In this document: positions 38,514-52,438 of the stretch, piece by piece
Numbering within the stretch: position 1 is the stretch's first letter
Layout: every line of letters begins with the position of its first letter
From: Eledone cirrhosa
Taxonomy: Eukaryota
DNA length: 64,000 nt
Assembly: GCA_964016885.1 (NCBI GenBank)
Contig: OZ024743.1
Coordinates: forward strand, 154,380,001-154,444,000
Reading direction: 5' to 3'
Notes under the pieces: model-generated
Databases searched by the model: none
What the model was told of the DNA's origin: nothing
Seen by the model: only the letters and a program-made list of their open reading frames with translations
Position numbers and translations under genes: made by a program

Positions 38514-39690
38514 CAGTGGCTCGGTTATTTGCGGACAGTTACATGAATTTAATATGAGAGGCATAAGTTATGAAACAGGAGCTTTGATTAAGAAAACTTA
38601 GCTATGGATAATTTTAAGACACTTCGAGATGCCTCTATTTCACTGAATACACCGTTAGCATCGATGATTGGTTCAAGACGAGATCTGTAGCGTTGAAATG
38701 CAAGAATCAGATGATCTTCATCTATTTCTGACAATATGCTAGTTATGGTGGACTACAGCTTTAATAGTGTTATGGGTGCCTTCCCAATCGATTTGCGCGA
38801 TATGTAGTAGTCCAAATGATTTATATCTGGGGATCTAGGAGGCTATATGTTTTGTTTCTTTTGGTCTTATGAGATGGCGTAAAACTTTATTTGTAGGTAT
38901 ACGGTCTTCCTTCTGCACATGCACTCTATACAAGGCCCCGCATCCCTCTCGAGCACATCCTTATAATGAGCAGCATTTGCCCTTAAAGCTCCAGGAAAGA
39001 AGTGAGGAGGCATGACGTCTCTCTGTTGCTTAGGTTACCAAAACAGTTGCTGTAGACGTTTTGTTCATGACCATTGAAATATCTTTTAGGACTCAGCACC
39101 AATACCTGACATTCCTTTGTTTGACCGTTTGGTACCGATCACAACTCTATTTATCAGTAACAAAACCATTGCATTCCAGACTCTTGCGGGTTTACTTAGC
39201 TTAATAAGCGCTTCGCGCATACCCGACCGGCAGCTTTCATCATTGCATACATGAATTGACGAATCTCCATCAAATATGATTTCAGTTGAAGGTCCTCATG
39301 CACAATTATTCCAATAGTGTACCTTGAAACCTTGAGCTCTTGAAAAATGATGCTATTTGAAGTCTTGGGATTCTTCTCTATAATGTGCTGCACCTTCTGA
39401 ACAATGTTGGATGATCTCGGGATATTACAACCTTTAGCAACCGTTTTAGCCTTAGCTACTGCTGTAGAACCTCCACCAGCTGAGTCCAACTCTTTATGAA
39501 GTTTCATAACAAACGACAGTGCAACATTGAAAATCTGAGCAATATCTAAATCAATTAACCCTTCTTTTAATGCAACGATTACACAATGCCTTTAAATTTC
39601 AGAGTCATGTTGTTATCATAATCTAAAAGGAAATCATAATCAGAACTAGTTACACAAAACTTTAGAATTATTAAAAGACCTAAACTAAAA
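38514..39690 (-). mobile_element. Degenerate Tc1/mariner-superfamily transposon (maT/DD37D-like)
   Basis: IIEKNPKTS..ELKVSRYTI..IVHEDLQLKSY; DVMPPHFFP; *PPRSPDINHLDYY (~38800-38845); end reads TA/CAGTG. Confidence 0.8.
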
Positions 39691-40355
39691 AAACTCACTC
39701 TCTCTCTCTATCTATATATGTATATATGTATTTCACTATCCATCAATCCCTATCCATCTATATATATCTCTCTATATATATTTCCCCCCTCTCCCTCTTA
39801 GTACCCACGTGGAAACGATCAGGCGAATAACGATAAAAATATAACATAAGAATTCCAACAGTTTAACAAATAAATATTTGAGATACTTGCAGATTTGTTT
39901 TCACCTGGACCAAAATATTTAGGTTTCGACCCGCGAAAAAATATGCCAAACATAATTTTTGAAAATGTATTGTTGGCAAACTAGGAATAAGGGATCTTAT
40001 CAACAAGTCTTCCTCCGAAGCCAAACATCGTCGTCTTGGCAGCAGTACAACTCCCGCTAGTTGCTTGACTAGAAATGTCTTGTTGGGTTGTTAGACCAGA
40101 GATGCTGAAAATAGCATCAGGCCACTCAACCTATCAAAAATAATCTAACTGGTCATGTGTTCAGCTAGGTGTGACATTATTGTAGAGAATGGATAGCGAT
40201 TGACTCACGTCACTCGCTATCCATTTTAGCTATTAACGCATTGTAGTGAAATTTGCAGCCGTTAACGCATTCGAAACATAAGTGATCCACATAAGACAGC
40301 CGATGAGCGGAAATTGCCCTTGCCATGTGTTTGCATTTCCTCCCCCCCCCCCCCC

Positions 40356-40396
<41 letters not shown>

Positions 40397-40629
40397 AACA
40401 TATAAGAGAATATAAAAGGTACCTTTACGTGTTTGTGTAGTCGATGACCGGAACAAAAGAAGAGAAGCACATTACCAGTTAGTTGTTTTCAACATAGTTG
40501 ATGAAGTTGTGTATCAGGAATACCTGATATATACGAAATGTGTTACCGAGTATGTCATATGTTGCAAGGAGTTAATTCTAAATGTATGGTAAAATGATTT
40601 ATGAGTATCAACATGTTCAAGCTAACTTT

Positions 40630-41851
40630 CAAACCGTGTCATTTTCGTGCCGAATATACTACAGCTGACCAAATATATTCACTACGGCATGTCCTCGAAA
40701 AGTTGTGGGAATATTACCAAGAGGTGTATACTTGAAACATCGATCTCCAAAAAACATTCGACAGCCTTCCACTGGACCTGTTGTAGAAGTACGGAGTCTA
40801 CAAACAACGTCTTATTTATGTTAGGTGCCTGTAGATATGCGCTACTATTTGTGTATAGTTAAATGGTGCGAAGTCGATGCTATTCAGTGTGGAACTTTGA
40901 CTCTGCCATGTGCGAGTATTATCACCTCTATTGATATCTTCATGTGTGGATTTATATACTCAGCCGCATTTCATGTGATATGAAAGACGTGATTATAGAA
41001 TCTTTTGGCTGATATTTACAGACGACAGGGTGCTACTTATCTCGTCGAAGTTGATCACTGATATACAGTGGATTCGTTTGCTGCCAACGGCTGTACGACA
41101 GAATTGGAAATCGATGCTGTAGTCATTTTCCGTCGACCGAGCCGTTGCATTAAGCTAAACAAGTGAGTGGAGTTACACACAAGCAGGTGAAGAAATTCAA
41201 GTATCTCTTAGCCGTTTTCACACCTTATGGCATTCAGGAATCAATTGTGATAATACAATAATGTGTCGGCTTCTGCACTCGGTAAAAAAAGAGAAGGGAG
41301 GTAGAATTATATGGTGACATCGTTATTTTCAATTTGATATGCATGCCTACTCTTACTGATTGTCGGAATCTTGTATAATGTCCGAAATAATGCGATTATG
41401 AATGCAAAATGTGGCAATGGAGTTCATCAAAATGTCTTTGGAGAAACCTATTTTCAATAGGGTGCGTAGTACGGAGATCAGAGAGTTACTATAATTAGAT
41501 CCACTACTTTTACGCATCAAGATATAAGAGGTCGAGTATTAAGATCGAGTCGTTAGAATGCCAAAGCAAAGAATCTCTGGATGAATTTTAAGAGCGACAC
41601 CAACCAACAAGACACCTATAGATCTGCCTATCTAAGAAGAACGAGGAGGAGGAGGATGAGGAAGAGGAGGAGGATGAGGAGGGGGATTATGAGGATGAGG
41701 AGAAGAAGAAGGAGAAGGAGAAGGAGAAGAAGAAGAAGAAGAAGAAGAAGAAGAAGAAGAAGAAGAAGAAGAAGAAGAAGAAGAAGAAGAAGAAGAAGAA
41801 GAAGAAGAAGAAGAAGAAGAAGAAGAAGAAGAAAAAGAAGAAGAAGAAGAA
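40630..41851 (+). mobile_element. Highly degenerate RTE-like RT remnant ending in (GAG/GAA)n
   Basis: TADQIF, EKLWEY and QVKKFKYL motifs in broken frames; purine triplet array at 41635-41851. Confidence 0.6.
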
Positions 41852-42087
41852 GTTAATAGAATCATACACAATGTTATATTGGGAGAAAGAATCAATGATG
41901 CAGTGTTGTTCGGTAGTTACTCTCAAATCAATGTCTTCTATATTAACGTATTATTCTAATAAAACAATAAAACAAAAGAAATATTTACCAGTTATAGAAG
42001 CTATATTTCTCTTTATTGTGAAAACTTCGAAACGCTGTTAGATGAAAACTAATAATTCAGATAATATGTATGTATTATATATATCAC

Positions 42088-42348
42088 CTTGACCGACCAG
42101 TCTGTCGGGCGTCCATTCGGTGCCGCTGGCAACAGCATGTCATGCTGTTTTAGCCATAAGATAACGCCTTCCCACTGGCTGGGCGGGCAGGCTGGTGCCT
42201 CTTCATCTCATTTAGACTGGAGTAGACTGGAGCAACGTGAAATAAAGTGTCTTGATCAAGGAAACAACACATCACCCGGTCCGAGAATTGAATTCACATC
42301 CTTTCCATTGCAAGCCCAATGCTCTAACCACTAAGCCTTGCGCCTTCA
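42088..42348 (-). mobile_element. tRNA-derived CORE-type SINE
   Basis: ggcttagtggttagagc A box, gaattcaattctc B-box-like motif, tccttgatcaagacacttta..tgctccagt core; inserted next to (TA)n. Confidence 0.8.
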
Positions 42349-42351
42349 CAC

Positions 42352-42533
<182 letters not shown>

Positions 42534-42984
42534 ATACATACACATGCACACACGTATATATATAATTATTCTAAGTTTTTTTCCATTTGTTTTTAGATGT
42601 TCTATGTTTGTGTCTCCTGTAATTCGTTTAATAATAAAATAATGATGCAATCCGAACCTAATGTTGTCGCCGAAACCACGCCATTGGAATATATATAGTG
42701 ATTTTGTAACGATAAAACTTTAAAGGAACAAAACTAGACCAGCCTCCTGCTGTTTTAATCAAACCAATATTTAACTCTGTTTCCGCACCACCACAGGACT
42801 CAACATCAATGGTGGATGGGTTGTGTAACGTAGCGTACTTTTCCTACTACTATTCCATAATGGTTAACTAAACGAGATGACCAGTTCTATCTAGTGGTGA
42901 ACCACCAAACATAGAAGAATAGGTATATATATTCTCTTTTACTATTTTACTCTTTTACCTGTTCCAGCAATCCGGCTGAAGCCA

Positions 42985-44760
42985 TGCTGGGGCACCGCCC
43001 TTGTTGCTACACATTTTATCTCCAGCCTGTATTGGTTGGCCACTGGTGTAAGAGGGAGTCTGTTGCTGCTGCCCTTAGGTTTCCCTCGTTTCTTAATGTG
43101 GGCTCATCCGGGATCCTGGATAGCAAGGAGTCGAGATGTTTCTTGAACACATCCACTTCCATACGATGCAGATCTCTCAGATCCCTCGGCAGCTTGTTGA
43201 AGATTTGAGGGCCCTTGAATCCTAGGCTATTGGAATATCTTCTCCTTATTCTAGATGTGGAAGACGGGACCTTTCGCACGACACAGTGACGTCCTGTTCG
43301 ACGGTTATGTTCCTAATGTCAAAGTTTGGTGCTAGTCTCTCCAGGATTTTCCACATATATATCACTGCGTATCTCTCCCGTCTTCGTTCCAAGGAGTAGA
43401 GGTTCAGTTCTTTTAGCCTCTCCCAGTAGATTATCTCCTTCATCATCCTCATGACTATCGGGCGGCCGATATGTGACACATATTATTATCTTTAGTTGCT
43501 TCATATGTACTATCAGTGTGTCACCGACTGAGTTTGAATGTGTCAACAGTACAATTGGTGTGACACCTTCACAGATATACAGAGCAACCCCACCATGATT
43601 TCTCTCCTTCCTGTCCGAACGGAATAGAGTATATTTCGGTATATGTATTTCTGCACCTGCTATACTGCTTGTCAGGTGCGTTTCGGTTAGTGCCATGCAT
43701 AATGCTTGATTGCTTATGGCTAAGTCTCCCAAGTAAGAAATGTTACTCATGTTAGTGAGTTTTACAAGGCTTCTGACATTTAGCAGCAGCACTGGTGTGA
43801 CTTTTGGGGTGAAAGCAATGGCTGTCGGTACGACATCTGGCCTGGTGTCAGCGACGGCCACTCTGGTCCCTTAATTGTGGTGGTCTCGAGTGCTGGTTGG
43901 GTGACCCTGGCTCTTGAAACGATGCAGCCAGGTCAGCGCTTCCACAATCTACTCTGACATCACTAAAACATGTTTCTGCTCTGCTGCTGCCATCTGTATC
44001 TCGTCGGCATGTGCGTGCCTTCTCCTTGTTGGCGCGGCACGTGCGACATCAGCATACTCCTGGAGCGGCATGTTTTGGCTTTGGTCTGGGCATATTGCGC
44101 GAGTAGGATGGGCATAGTTCGTTTGGGGCCTGGGGAGAGCGAATCTGCAGCCCATCCCTGTCTCTCCATGCCAGCAGGTCCAGTTCCTGAAGAACATGCA
44201 CATTACCTGGGTTTTCTTGCTCCCAGTGTCTCGGTGCTTTCTTTTCTTCCCTTGGACAGTTGTCCACAGGTCCCTCTGCGCTTGGTTCTCCTTCGGAAGG
44301 TGGTTTCGCTTCTCACCTTTACCGTTTGCTTGATGGTTGTCCGGCCTGCCCTCCCTGACTGTGGCGGCGTGTATCTCATTTTCTTTCAGGTCCGTGCTTG
44401 TGCTTTCTTCCTTTTCTTTTTCCTTTCTTCTCCCTTTCTCCCCGTTTTTCTCCTCCTCGGGGACACGGCTTAGAATACCCATATGTGGCGCTATGAGGTC
44501 GTAGGCGTTCTCGATTTCTTTTTTTTCTTTCTATCTGCGCCAGAGTCCTCAGGAAGCCATGGTTCCTCAGGGTCTCTGCAATCTTTTTGCTTGGTTGTGG
44601 CCCATCATCCAGGCTCCACCTTATGATCCAAACCGCTAGTTCCATATTTGACCAGTTTCGCTGGTTTTTAATTTCACCTTTTCCCTGCATGCAGTCCATT
44701 TCGCTGTAGACGGGAGAGAGAGAGATAGCGGGAAGGGTAGGGAACATGTTAGAGAGGGAA
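42985..44760 (-). mobile_element. Internally deleted CR1-clade LINE (ORF1, APE N-terminus fused to ORF2 C-terminus)
   Basis: LLNVRSL..ALTETHL..FRSDR..GGVALYI..YRPP joined at ~43440 to YWERLKELNLYSLERRR..FNKLP..FKKHLD..IPDEP. Confidence 0.88.
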
Positions 44761-44802
44761 AGAGAGACGAGTCCAGTGAGAAATTGAAGGTGCGATTTAG
44801 AG

Positions 44803-44876
<74 letters not shown>

Positions 44877-45643
44877 AAGAACGGGAGAGACAGCGAGAAA
44901 ATTAGCAGCGTATACTTGAAACGGTCAAAGACAACCTTAAATAACAATGATTAATGTTGTCCGAAAAACAATAATATTTCGTGGTTAAAACACCAAAAGA
45001 ATGTGAAAACAATGATATCAACATGAAATATAAAGGGAGAGGAGAGGAAACAAAATAAATAAATAAAAATAAGTTAATGAAAGCCAAATAAGTTAAAGAT
45101 ATAGAATCGCGAAGGATCCATATAAGTTGATTTTAACTGCAGGTATGGGTTTGCTTACAAATATAATCAACGGACACCGTATATATATATATATCGTGAA
45201 CGTAGTTATCACTATATCAGTATATCAAAAACAATAACATATATATATGCTCACTAAGTTAAAAATAAAAATAAAATTATATAAAATTTTATTAAATCAC
45301 GGTACACAAAATAAAATTAAATTAAAATTAGATTACTTAACTAGCTTTCTATATTCTGTATGGCAGACAAAGAGAGCACGTGTGTGTGTCCTGTTTTTTA
45401 AAAGAATATATCAAACAGCGAAAATAAACCCATTATAAACGCTAACATACGTAAAATAATTGCGTCAAAATATTGAAGAGGTTTTTGTTAATTTCAAAGA
45501 GCTAAAAAAGTTATAACTTCCAGATTTCTGTTAATTTAAATTTCAAATCTCGCAATAAGGTGGACAAATGTTTTTATATATATAAATTAATAACAGCAAT
45601 GAATAAAAACAAAGAACAAGTTCCTTATATTAAAAGATTCATC

Positions 45644-45769
45644 ATTTTACGATCGTTTCTAGGATATATATGTGCGTTGGTATGTATATCATATAGATCT
45701 ATGTAAAAATATTACAAACTATCAGAGGAAATATCCATACCTTCACATATATATGCTGTCTTCAGAAAT
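45644..45769 (-). ncRNA. Hammerhead ribozyme motif with ~99-nt helix II
   Basis: attt-CTGAAGA-[atatatatgtg/cacatatatat, ggtatg/catacc]-GAAAC-gatc-GTA-aaat; downstream of a co-oriented PLE endonuclease. Confidence 0.8.
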
Positions 45770-46499
45770 AATGAGATTTGTTTATTGAAAAAACCCAACA
45801 AAGATTTAATATAATAGGTATGTTTGGGAACAGCTTTTGAATTGACCAATAGAAAAATAGTAAGAAATAAAGTTGATAGAATAGTAGTAGTAGATATTTA
45901 ATTTAGGGGTAGAGGAATGCAGACTTATGTCTTGAATGGAAAAAACATACTTTGAATGAAAATAATATTTTGAGGATGAAAAGAGGTCAATCCGGTGAAG
46001 GGTACACGAACATTTGATGTTATTAAAGAATAATGTTAATGTTAAAACCGAAGGAGAGTAACATTTTAGGGTAAAGGTACTACTGAAAAATACCAATCTT
46101 ATTTAAAACCCAAGGAATTTAGATCTATAACAAGAAATTAAATTAATTGATTGGTATACTTATAGGGATACATTTATATATGTCATAAATAAGAATTAGA
46201 TGTTATTAAAGAATGTTGTTAAAAACGAAGGAAAATAAAATTTTGGGATAAGTGTAGTAGTGAGAAATACCAATCTTATATAGACTACAACGAATCTAGA
46301 TTCATAATAGGAAATTAAATTAATTTATATGTATACTTTTAGGTATTCATTTTAGGAAAAGAGGGAAATAAAATTGTGAAGTTCTCTGTAGTAAAGTACT
46401 AATTATAGGTTAACTAAATACAAAAAACTAATTATAATAATATGTAAAATATAAGTGTAATGTGTATATTAATTATGTTTATAATATTTGAAAGTTCTT

Positions 46500-47245
46500 C
46501 TAATTCTATGATTGCAAGATATAATTACTTATTGTCGCTTATTTAATAGGATATCCTTAGATTTCATTATTTCAAAAAGTTCCTGGGAGCATAATCTACA
46601 CTCATATCTGTTATTTTGATAAGGGGTGGCCCTTTTGAGCACACTCCAGGTCAGATTGTAATCGAAATTCTTTTTTCTATAATTATTAATTGTTTCAGCC
46701 AAGGATGTTGTATTAGCTAATGCAGCATTTTAAAAACTATTTTTGTGGGTATCTTACTTTAAATTGGTTAGACGTAGCTCCTATATATGAATAAGTTGAG
46801 TCCTTAGTGCTAATTTTACATTTATATACTATGTTATTAATAAGACAATTTCCCTTTATTGGGCAATTTCTTTTGTTTCTACAGTTACAACCATTCGTGA
46901 ATATTATATCAGGGGAGTTAGTCAAATTTGGTGTGGAATTTACTCGACTTGTTATATGTGAAGGAGATGGTGGTTTGTTGCGGTTAATTTTAGTATTATG
47001 GTTGGTTTGATGTGTTGGTGGTATATTCGTGTTTTGTTTTTTTACATTTATATGCATTGTACGCACTTATATTTTGTTGTATATTTTTGGTAGTAGAGTA
47101 GGAAAATTTGACAGTTGATCTATTTAAAATTTGATGGTATTTATGGTTTGGCGGGAAGATTTTCTCTAGGAGAGTAAAAAGTATTTTAGGGATATTATCT
47201 TTAATTTGTAGATTAAATGGAGGATTATACCAAGTAACTCATATT
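46500..47245 (-). mobile_element. Penelope-like element remnant (linker and GIY-YIG)
   Basis: WYNPPF..FPPNHKYH; CNCRNKRNCPIKGNCLINNIVYKC..YIGATSNQFKVRY. Confidence 0.88.
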
Positions 47246-47804
47246 GATACCCTGCAATTGACAAGGTCAAAGTATAAATAATGAGCATTATAATTTTAGA
47301 CACGGAATTTACTGTGTTTATTTCTACATATATTATTATATAATGTTCAGTATCTATACTTTGTGCTTGTTAATTGCAGGGTATTAATTTCAGTTAATAA
47401 CTCTGTATTTTATTTGTATTTCGTCTCCCTAACAAGGTGAGCTTATAAGTTGAGTGTAATAAGGTTATTATTTCTAGCATAACCACTTATACCACGTATA
47501 GCGTGCAACCCACGAGGGGTATTATTTACTCCTTGAGTTGCTGTTAGATGTGTTTTGTTTCATTTGATCTTATCTCTCGCTCAGGAAAGCCTACGGATTA
47601 TCTGTTACAAACACAATTTTCAGGGCGAAACAGATTGAATCTCTAATCTGTCCGAGAGATGAAATGGTTATTGATACGGTATGTATATCCTACTGTATGT
47701 TTCAGGTTAAATATATAAAACATTTGTGGCATTCTCTACCCTCGGACTTTACTGTGTTTATTTCTACATATATTATTATATATAAATATATATATATATA
47801 TATT

Positions 47805-47910
<106 letters not shown>

Positions 47911-47928
47911 TGTGTGTGTGCGTACGTG

Positions 47929-47976
<48 letters not shown>

Positions 47977-48539
47977 AGACATAAATAAATAAATACCTAT
48001 TTTTTAGAGAAACCATCAGAATCAATTGTATAAAACATAGGAAAGGTGTTTGTTTACCGCCCGTTTGTGAACGCCATCACCACTAAAGAGTCGTAAATGT
48101 AAACAAGGTTTTCCCTTAAGATTCTGGAAGGTTAGAATTTCATGTACAGTTATCACTGCTTATTCTGAGAGGTATTTTCAGCTCTCGCGTTCTGACGTGA
48201 TTAAACTACGATTAAATAGTATAGAAACCATTGAAATCATTCCGACCATACTTCCTGCATAACATCGATTGTACCACGTGCGAAAAGCACATGTTACAAA
48301 AAGCAATGCACGAATAACATTGATTAGACAGACAAAAATCAAAGAAATCTAAATACTTTAGAAATTGAACAAAGAAAAACTTACATTTCAGCACCAGGAA
48401 AATAATGGCTTCGAAAGAAATTCGCTAATTACAATTATAAGAAAATGATCATTAGCAAATGAGGACTAGAGTCTTACCAACAGATCGGCCTAATAATTGG
48501 CAAAACATCTCGTGAAGTCTAGAGGAGGAGAACACAAAT

Positions 48540-49320
48540 TGTCCACGCGTCTGTTCTCTACTATAAATGCAAGATATGGTAGTTTGGTGGGAGTATGAGA
48601 GCCATTTAAGCTGATAGGTGGCAGCTCGACAAAAGTTGGCTTCAAGGTTTAGTTTCATCTTGTCGTCTAGTAGCTGAGTAAATGTAAATGTTGGTCCAAG
48701 ACTGAGGAGTTTAAGTTCTTCATGTGATCTTAACCCGATACATTGATGATATACTGATCCTCACATCATCCAGTGCTGAGGTCGACATAATAGCCGCAAA
48801 TTTCTCAAACATAGATAGCAACATAATACTCACATGATAATACCGCATCAAAATAGTTCGCTGTCACTGATTTATTTCATCTTAGAATAAAAAAGAAGGT
48901 AATATTTACAGCAACTTCTATAGGAAAGCCGTCAGCAGAGACCTGTTTGTGCATTATAGTTCAAACCTCCCCTTTTGTTCTAAAAAAGGATACATAAGAA
49001 ATGAACTGACCCGAATCCGGAGTAAGTGAAGTAAGACAGAGGACCAGTTCACTCACACTGCACACTTCATGGATGTACTGAAGACGAACGGATACCCGTC
49101 ATCCACAGTGAATCGTCTTAGGAATCGGAAGCGACACAGGTATAATTCCTCCTTCAACATCTGCTTCATGAAAGCACCACCCTTCAGTGAAAATGCAACC
49201 CCATCAATCCGCGCAGTTCACTCCGGCCCTTCATTGTGGAGATGTCCATCGAAAAATGAACCAGTGACAAAAACAACCAATGTGTGCTAAATAATTGACT
49301 GCTCTATCTGCAACACATTA
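48540..49320. mobile_element. Degenerate PLE with inverted 5' segment
   Basis: Plus strand from 48721: TRYIDDILI..FYRK..LFVHYSS..RNELTRI..LKTNGYP; minus strand below 48721: EELKLLSLGPTF, a PLE N-terminal-type motif. Confidence 0.7.
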
Positions 49321-49344
49321 GGACGAAATAAATCAAAGATATAT

Positions 49345-49527
49345 AATAATTGTTTCTACTATTCGCACAAGGCTAGCAACTATCCCATTGCATTACTGGT
49401 ACTTTATTTTATCGAACCCGTAAGGAGGAAAGGCAAAGTTAACCTTGGCGTGATTTGAACTCACCATAAAGGGACGTAATTATGCTGGAAATCATGGTGT
49501 CCGATCCTCTACCGATACTGCCTATCC
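49345..49527 (-). mobile_element. SINE-like dispersed repeat (same family as 6500-6672)
   Basis: cacaaggctagc..gcattactggtactttattttatcgaacccgtaagg..aaaggcaaagttaacct..ttgaactc. Confidence 0.7.
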
Positions 49528-49648
49528 ACCAGTTTCGACGAAAGATGCTAATAATGAATACCAGATAAACGGTTTTCGTTGCCTTCACATTACCGTCTAT
49601 TACACATTGTTTTAACCTTCTTAAACATATCATTTTAAACACTACACA

Positions 49649-49761
<113 letters not shown>

Positions 49762-50389
49762 GCTTTTAAATGGTCTATGAAAAAAATGTATCGAGAGCAT
49801 GTGGACAGGAATAGACACAAAAATAAACACGAAAAGAGAAAAGTATATATTTATCAGGACTGCTTGCTGTTTCCATTACACCAGGTTTCACGTTTGATTA
49901 ACTGTGTACGTACACATTTACAGCGACAGCAAAAACAAATGGAAGCGTCATAATTTCGTCAGATTCCATGAGTGCCAAAGATTATCAAATTATTAGAGGT
50001 CAGAGGAAGCACACGTTTGTCATTTGATTCGTATCTGCAGCTTCCAGACAGTCTTTTCATTGTATGAACTATCCCATGTTTTGCATGTGTACTTGTAAAC
50101 CACATATAATCAAACGCACATTTCCTCTGCACATCCTAATATTAGCTCTTTCCGCATAGATCTCTCGGACATTCTTAATCTAAGGTTAAACTAGCTAAAC
50201 TTAAATACTATATCTCTCAAATTTTACAGTAGCATTCTTCTCCCTCCTCTCTCAATCTCTTTGAATACCAGCACATTACTCTCGTAAATCTAAGTTTTAA
50301 AGACCTCATATATTTAAAATCATTTGCTTCGTTATTCCCGATGTGTATCCTTGTGATCGCTCCGTTGCGAAATGCCGTCAGTGCATATG

Positions 50390-51045
50390 TTAATTTTAAC
50401 AACGTTGTTGGCCACATAGACTTCGAGAGTTTTGACGCAGTTAGCAACGGATCATTCTCCATGCTTGCCTTTAGACTATGAATCACATGTAAGTGATAAA
50501 TATGCAACATATTCTATGGAAAATATCCCTGTATAAACATATCTGTTCACCACATTTCTGCCCTACTCTGCAGATCCAAAATATCTTGCATACGAGACCT
50601 TGCAGATACACAACAGATCCAACAAGACTAGTAGCAGAAACAACAGTGTGAAAGATTTTCTTGTTCAGTTTCTCTCACCAAGCGCCGGGAGGCTAGCATA
50701 CCACCAACGAAGGCAAGTATCTCTAAGTAAAGCATATAATATATCAGATTCCCGAATTTCAAAGCGAGAAGCATCATTACTGTCCATTTCGCTATTATCA
50801 AAAAACTACCTACATTCACCAAGGGACTTATCAACTGTTCATGATATATATGTGGATTATAAGGTATCCTGCGAAAATGTGGTATCCCGTGCGTTGGAAG
50901 CACTAACCAAATGCTAAATATACAGCTCAAACAATACACAACCACGAGGGCTTCCTCAGTCAAAAACACCTTTATATATATCGGGGTCACCATAGAATAT
51001 GGAAACTGGCTTTTAAAAGAGCAACTCCGAAAACACACACGTCTT
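50390..51045 (+). mobile_element. Very degenerate PLE remnant
   Basis: FYGK..ISVHHISALL..SKISCIR parallels 48910-49010; YIGVT..LKEQLRKH GIY-YIG trace. Confidence 0.5.
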
Positions 51046-51186
51046 TATATATCAGTAGTTGTAATACTTAATAACTATATTACATAATAAATACATTGCC
51101 TGAGATGCTACCCGAAGAAGACGTGTAAGTATCTGCATGATAAACGAATAACACAACATGAATACCTATTACAGTAAATTACGAAA

Positions 51187-51540
51187 TACGAGGTTTGTCT
51201 CAAAAGGAGAGGTAGCGATGTTTTATTTAAATGTGCATATATGTACAAGCTATCTACTTTAAAATACGATCCTTTGGAAGTTACAGTGTGGTTCTCACAT
51301 TTTTACGTTGATGGTAGCAGTACCGGACGTCATTTTCTGTCAGTCTCCTTAGCACATCGGTTAAAATTCATTGCATATTCTCACAATCTCAAAACGAATA
51401 CCCTTCAACTTCTATTTCAAATTAGGAAATAGGTAGAAATCACACAGAGCTAAATCTGGCCTGTTGGAATGATGTGGAAGAGGGGGAATGTGTTACTTTA
51501 TCAAATATTCTCTAATTGTAAATGATGTGTGAGTAGAAGT
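51187..51540 (-). mobile_element. mariner transposase 3' remnant
   Basis: LPHHSNRPDLALCDFYLFPNLK*KLKGIRF (YSPDLAP motif region); TA/CGAGG terminus. Confidence 0.8.
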
Positions 51541-51683
51541 GTCAATTAACTGTCTGTCCTTTAGAATACATTTCTTAGTGACCAGCAGTTGAAAAAAATG
51601 ATAACCAATTTTTTCAACGTGGAGTTCTCACGCGTAATCATCCAAGAAATTTGTCTCAATTTCGAGTCTTTCTAGAAAATACT

Positions 51684-51856
51684 GACCCAGGTTTGCTGCA
51701 CGCCGAGCTGAGGAGACCAAACCCTCCAAGTACCGGTCGTTCACCAACAGGCTCGTGGTGATGCCCTTGGCACTGGAGCCTTCTGGTGTCCTATTCACCA
51801 CCATAGGCGCTGAGCTAGCCAGCCGCAGGTGTGAGCCTCGCGAGTTAGAATGGCAC
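51684..51856 (+). mobile_element. CRE-like fragment
   Basis: Nucleotide similarity to 17961-18152 (ctgctgcacg..gccagccgcaggtgtgagcctcgcg). Confidence 0.75.
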
Positions 51857-52338
51857 TTCCTTAATTGTCGATGGAGTGACATCGCATAATTAAATGTTTC
51901 GGTGGCAGATTTTCAGAGTTTCACAGAAAATCTGATTCTGTACCGTTATCCGATAATTTCTTGCATGGCAAAATTAACAGCAGTTATTAACATGTGTGTA
52001 AATGAAATGCAATAACTCACGTCGGGGTAAATTAATCAAGTTGAACAAATTAATGTTCAAGCTAGGTCATAACCGGCACGTTTATATACAGCAACATACG
52101 TTGATACGTACATCAGTACTCTTACCTTTTTGCCAAACCACATATAATGAAATGTGGAAAGCTAGCCTTCATTGTGTTATCATTATTTGTTACATACTTT
52201 GTTATGTATTACCACATCAGAACTGGAAGGTCACGTACGACGTTGAATGCTTGATCCTATTCATAATATTATTTATTGACCTGAGTGATACAAATGCAGC
52301 CTCAGTAGTCAACATCATAACGCCTTATAACACGAATA

Positions 52339-52378
<40 letters not shown>

Positions 52379-52401
52379 CATGTGAGTGGGTGTGTGTGTG
52401 T

Positions 52402-52438
<37 letters not shown>

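Noticed and set aside
49853-49966. Minus-strand CTGACGA..~80 nt..GAAAC-agcaagca-GTC
   Set aside because: Helix II is weak and helix I is absent; it may be a fossil long-helix HHR
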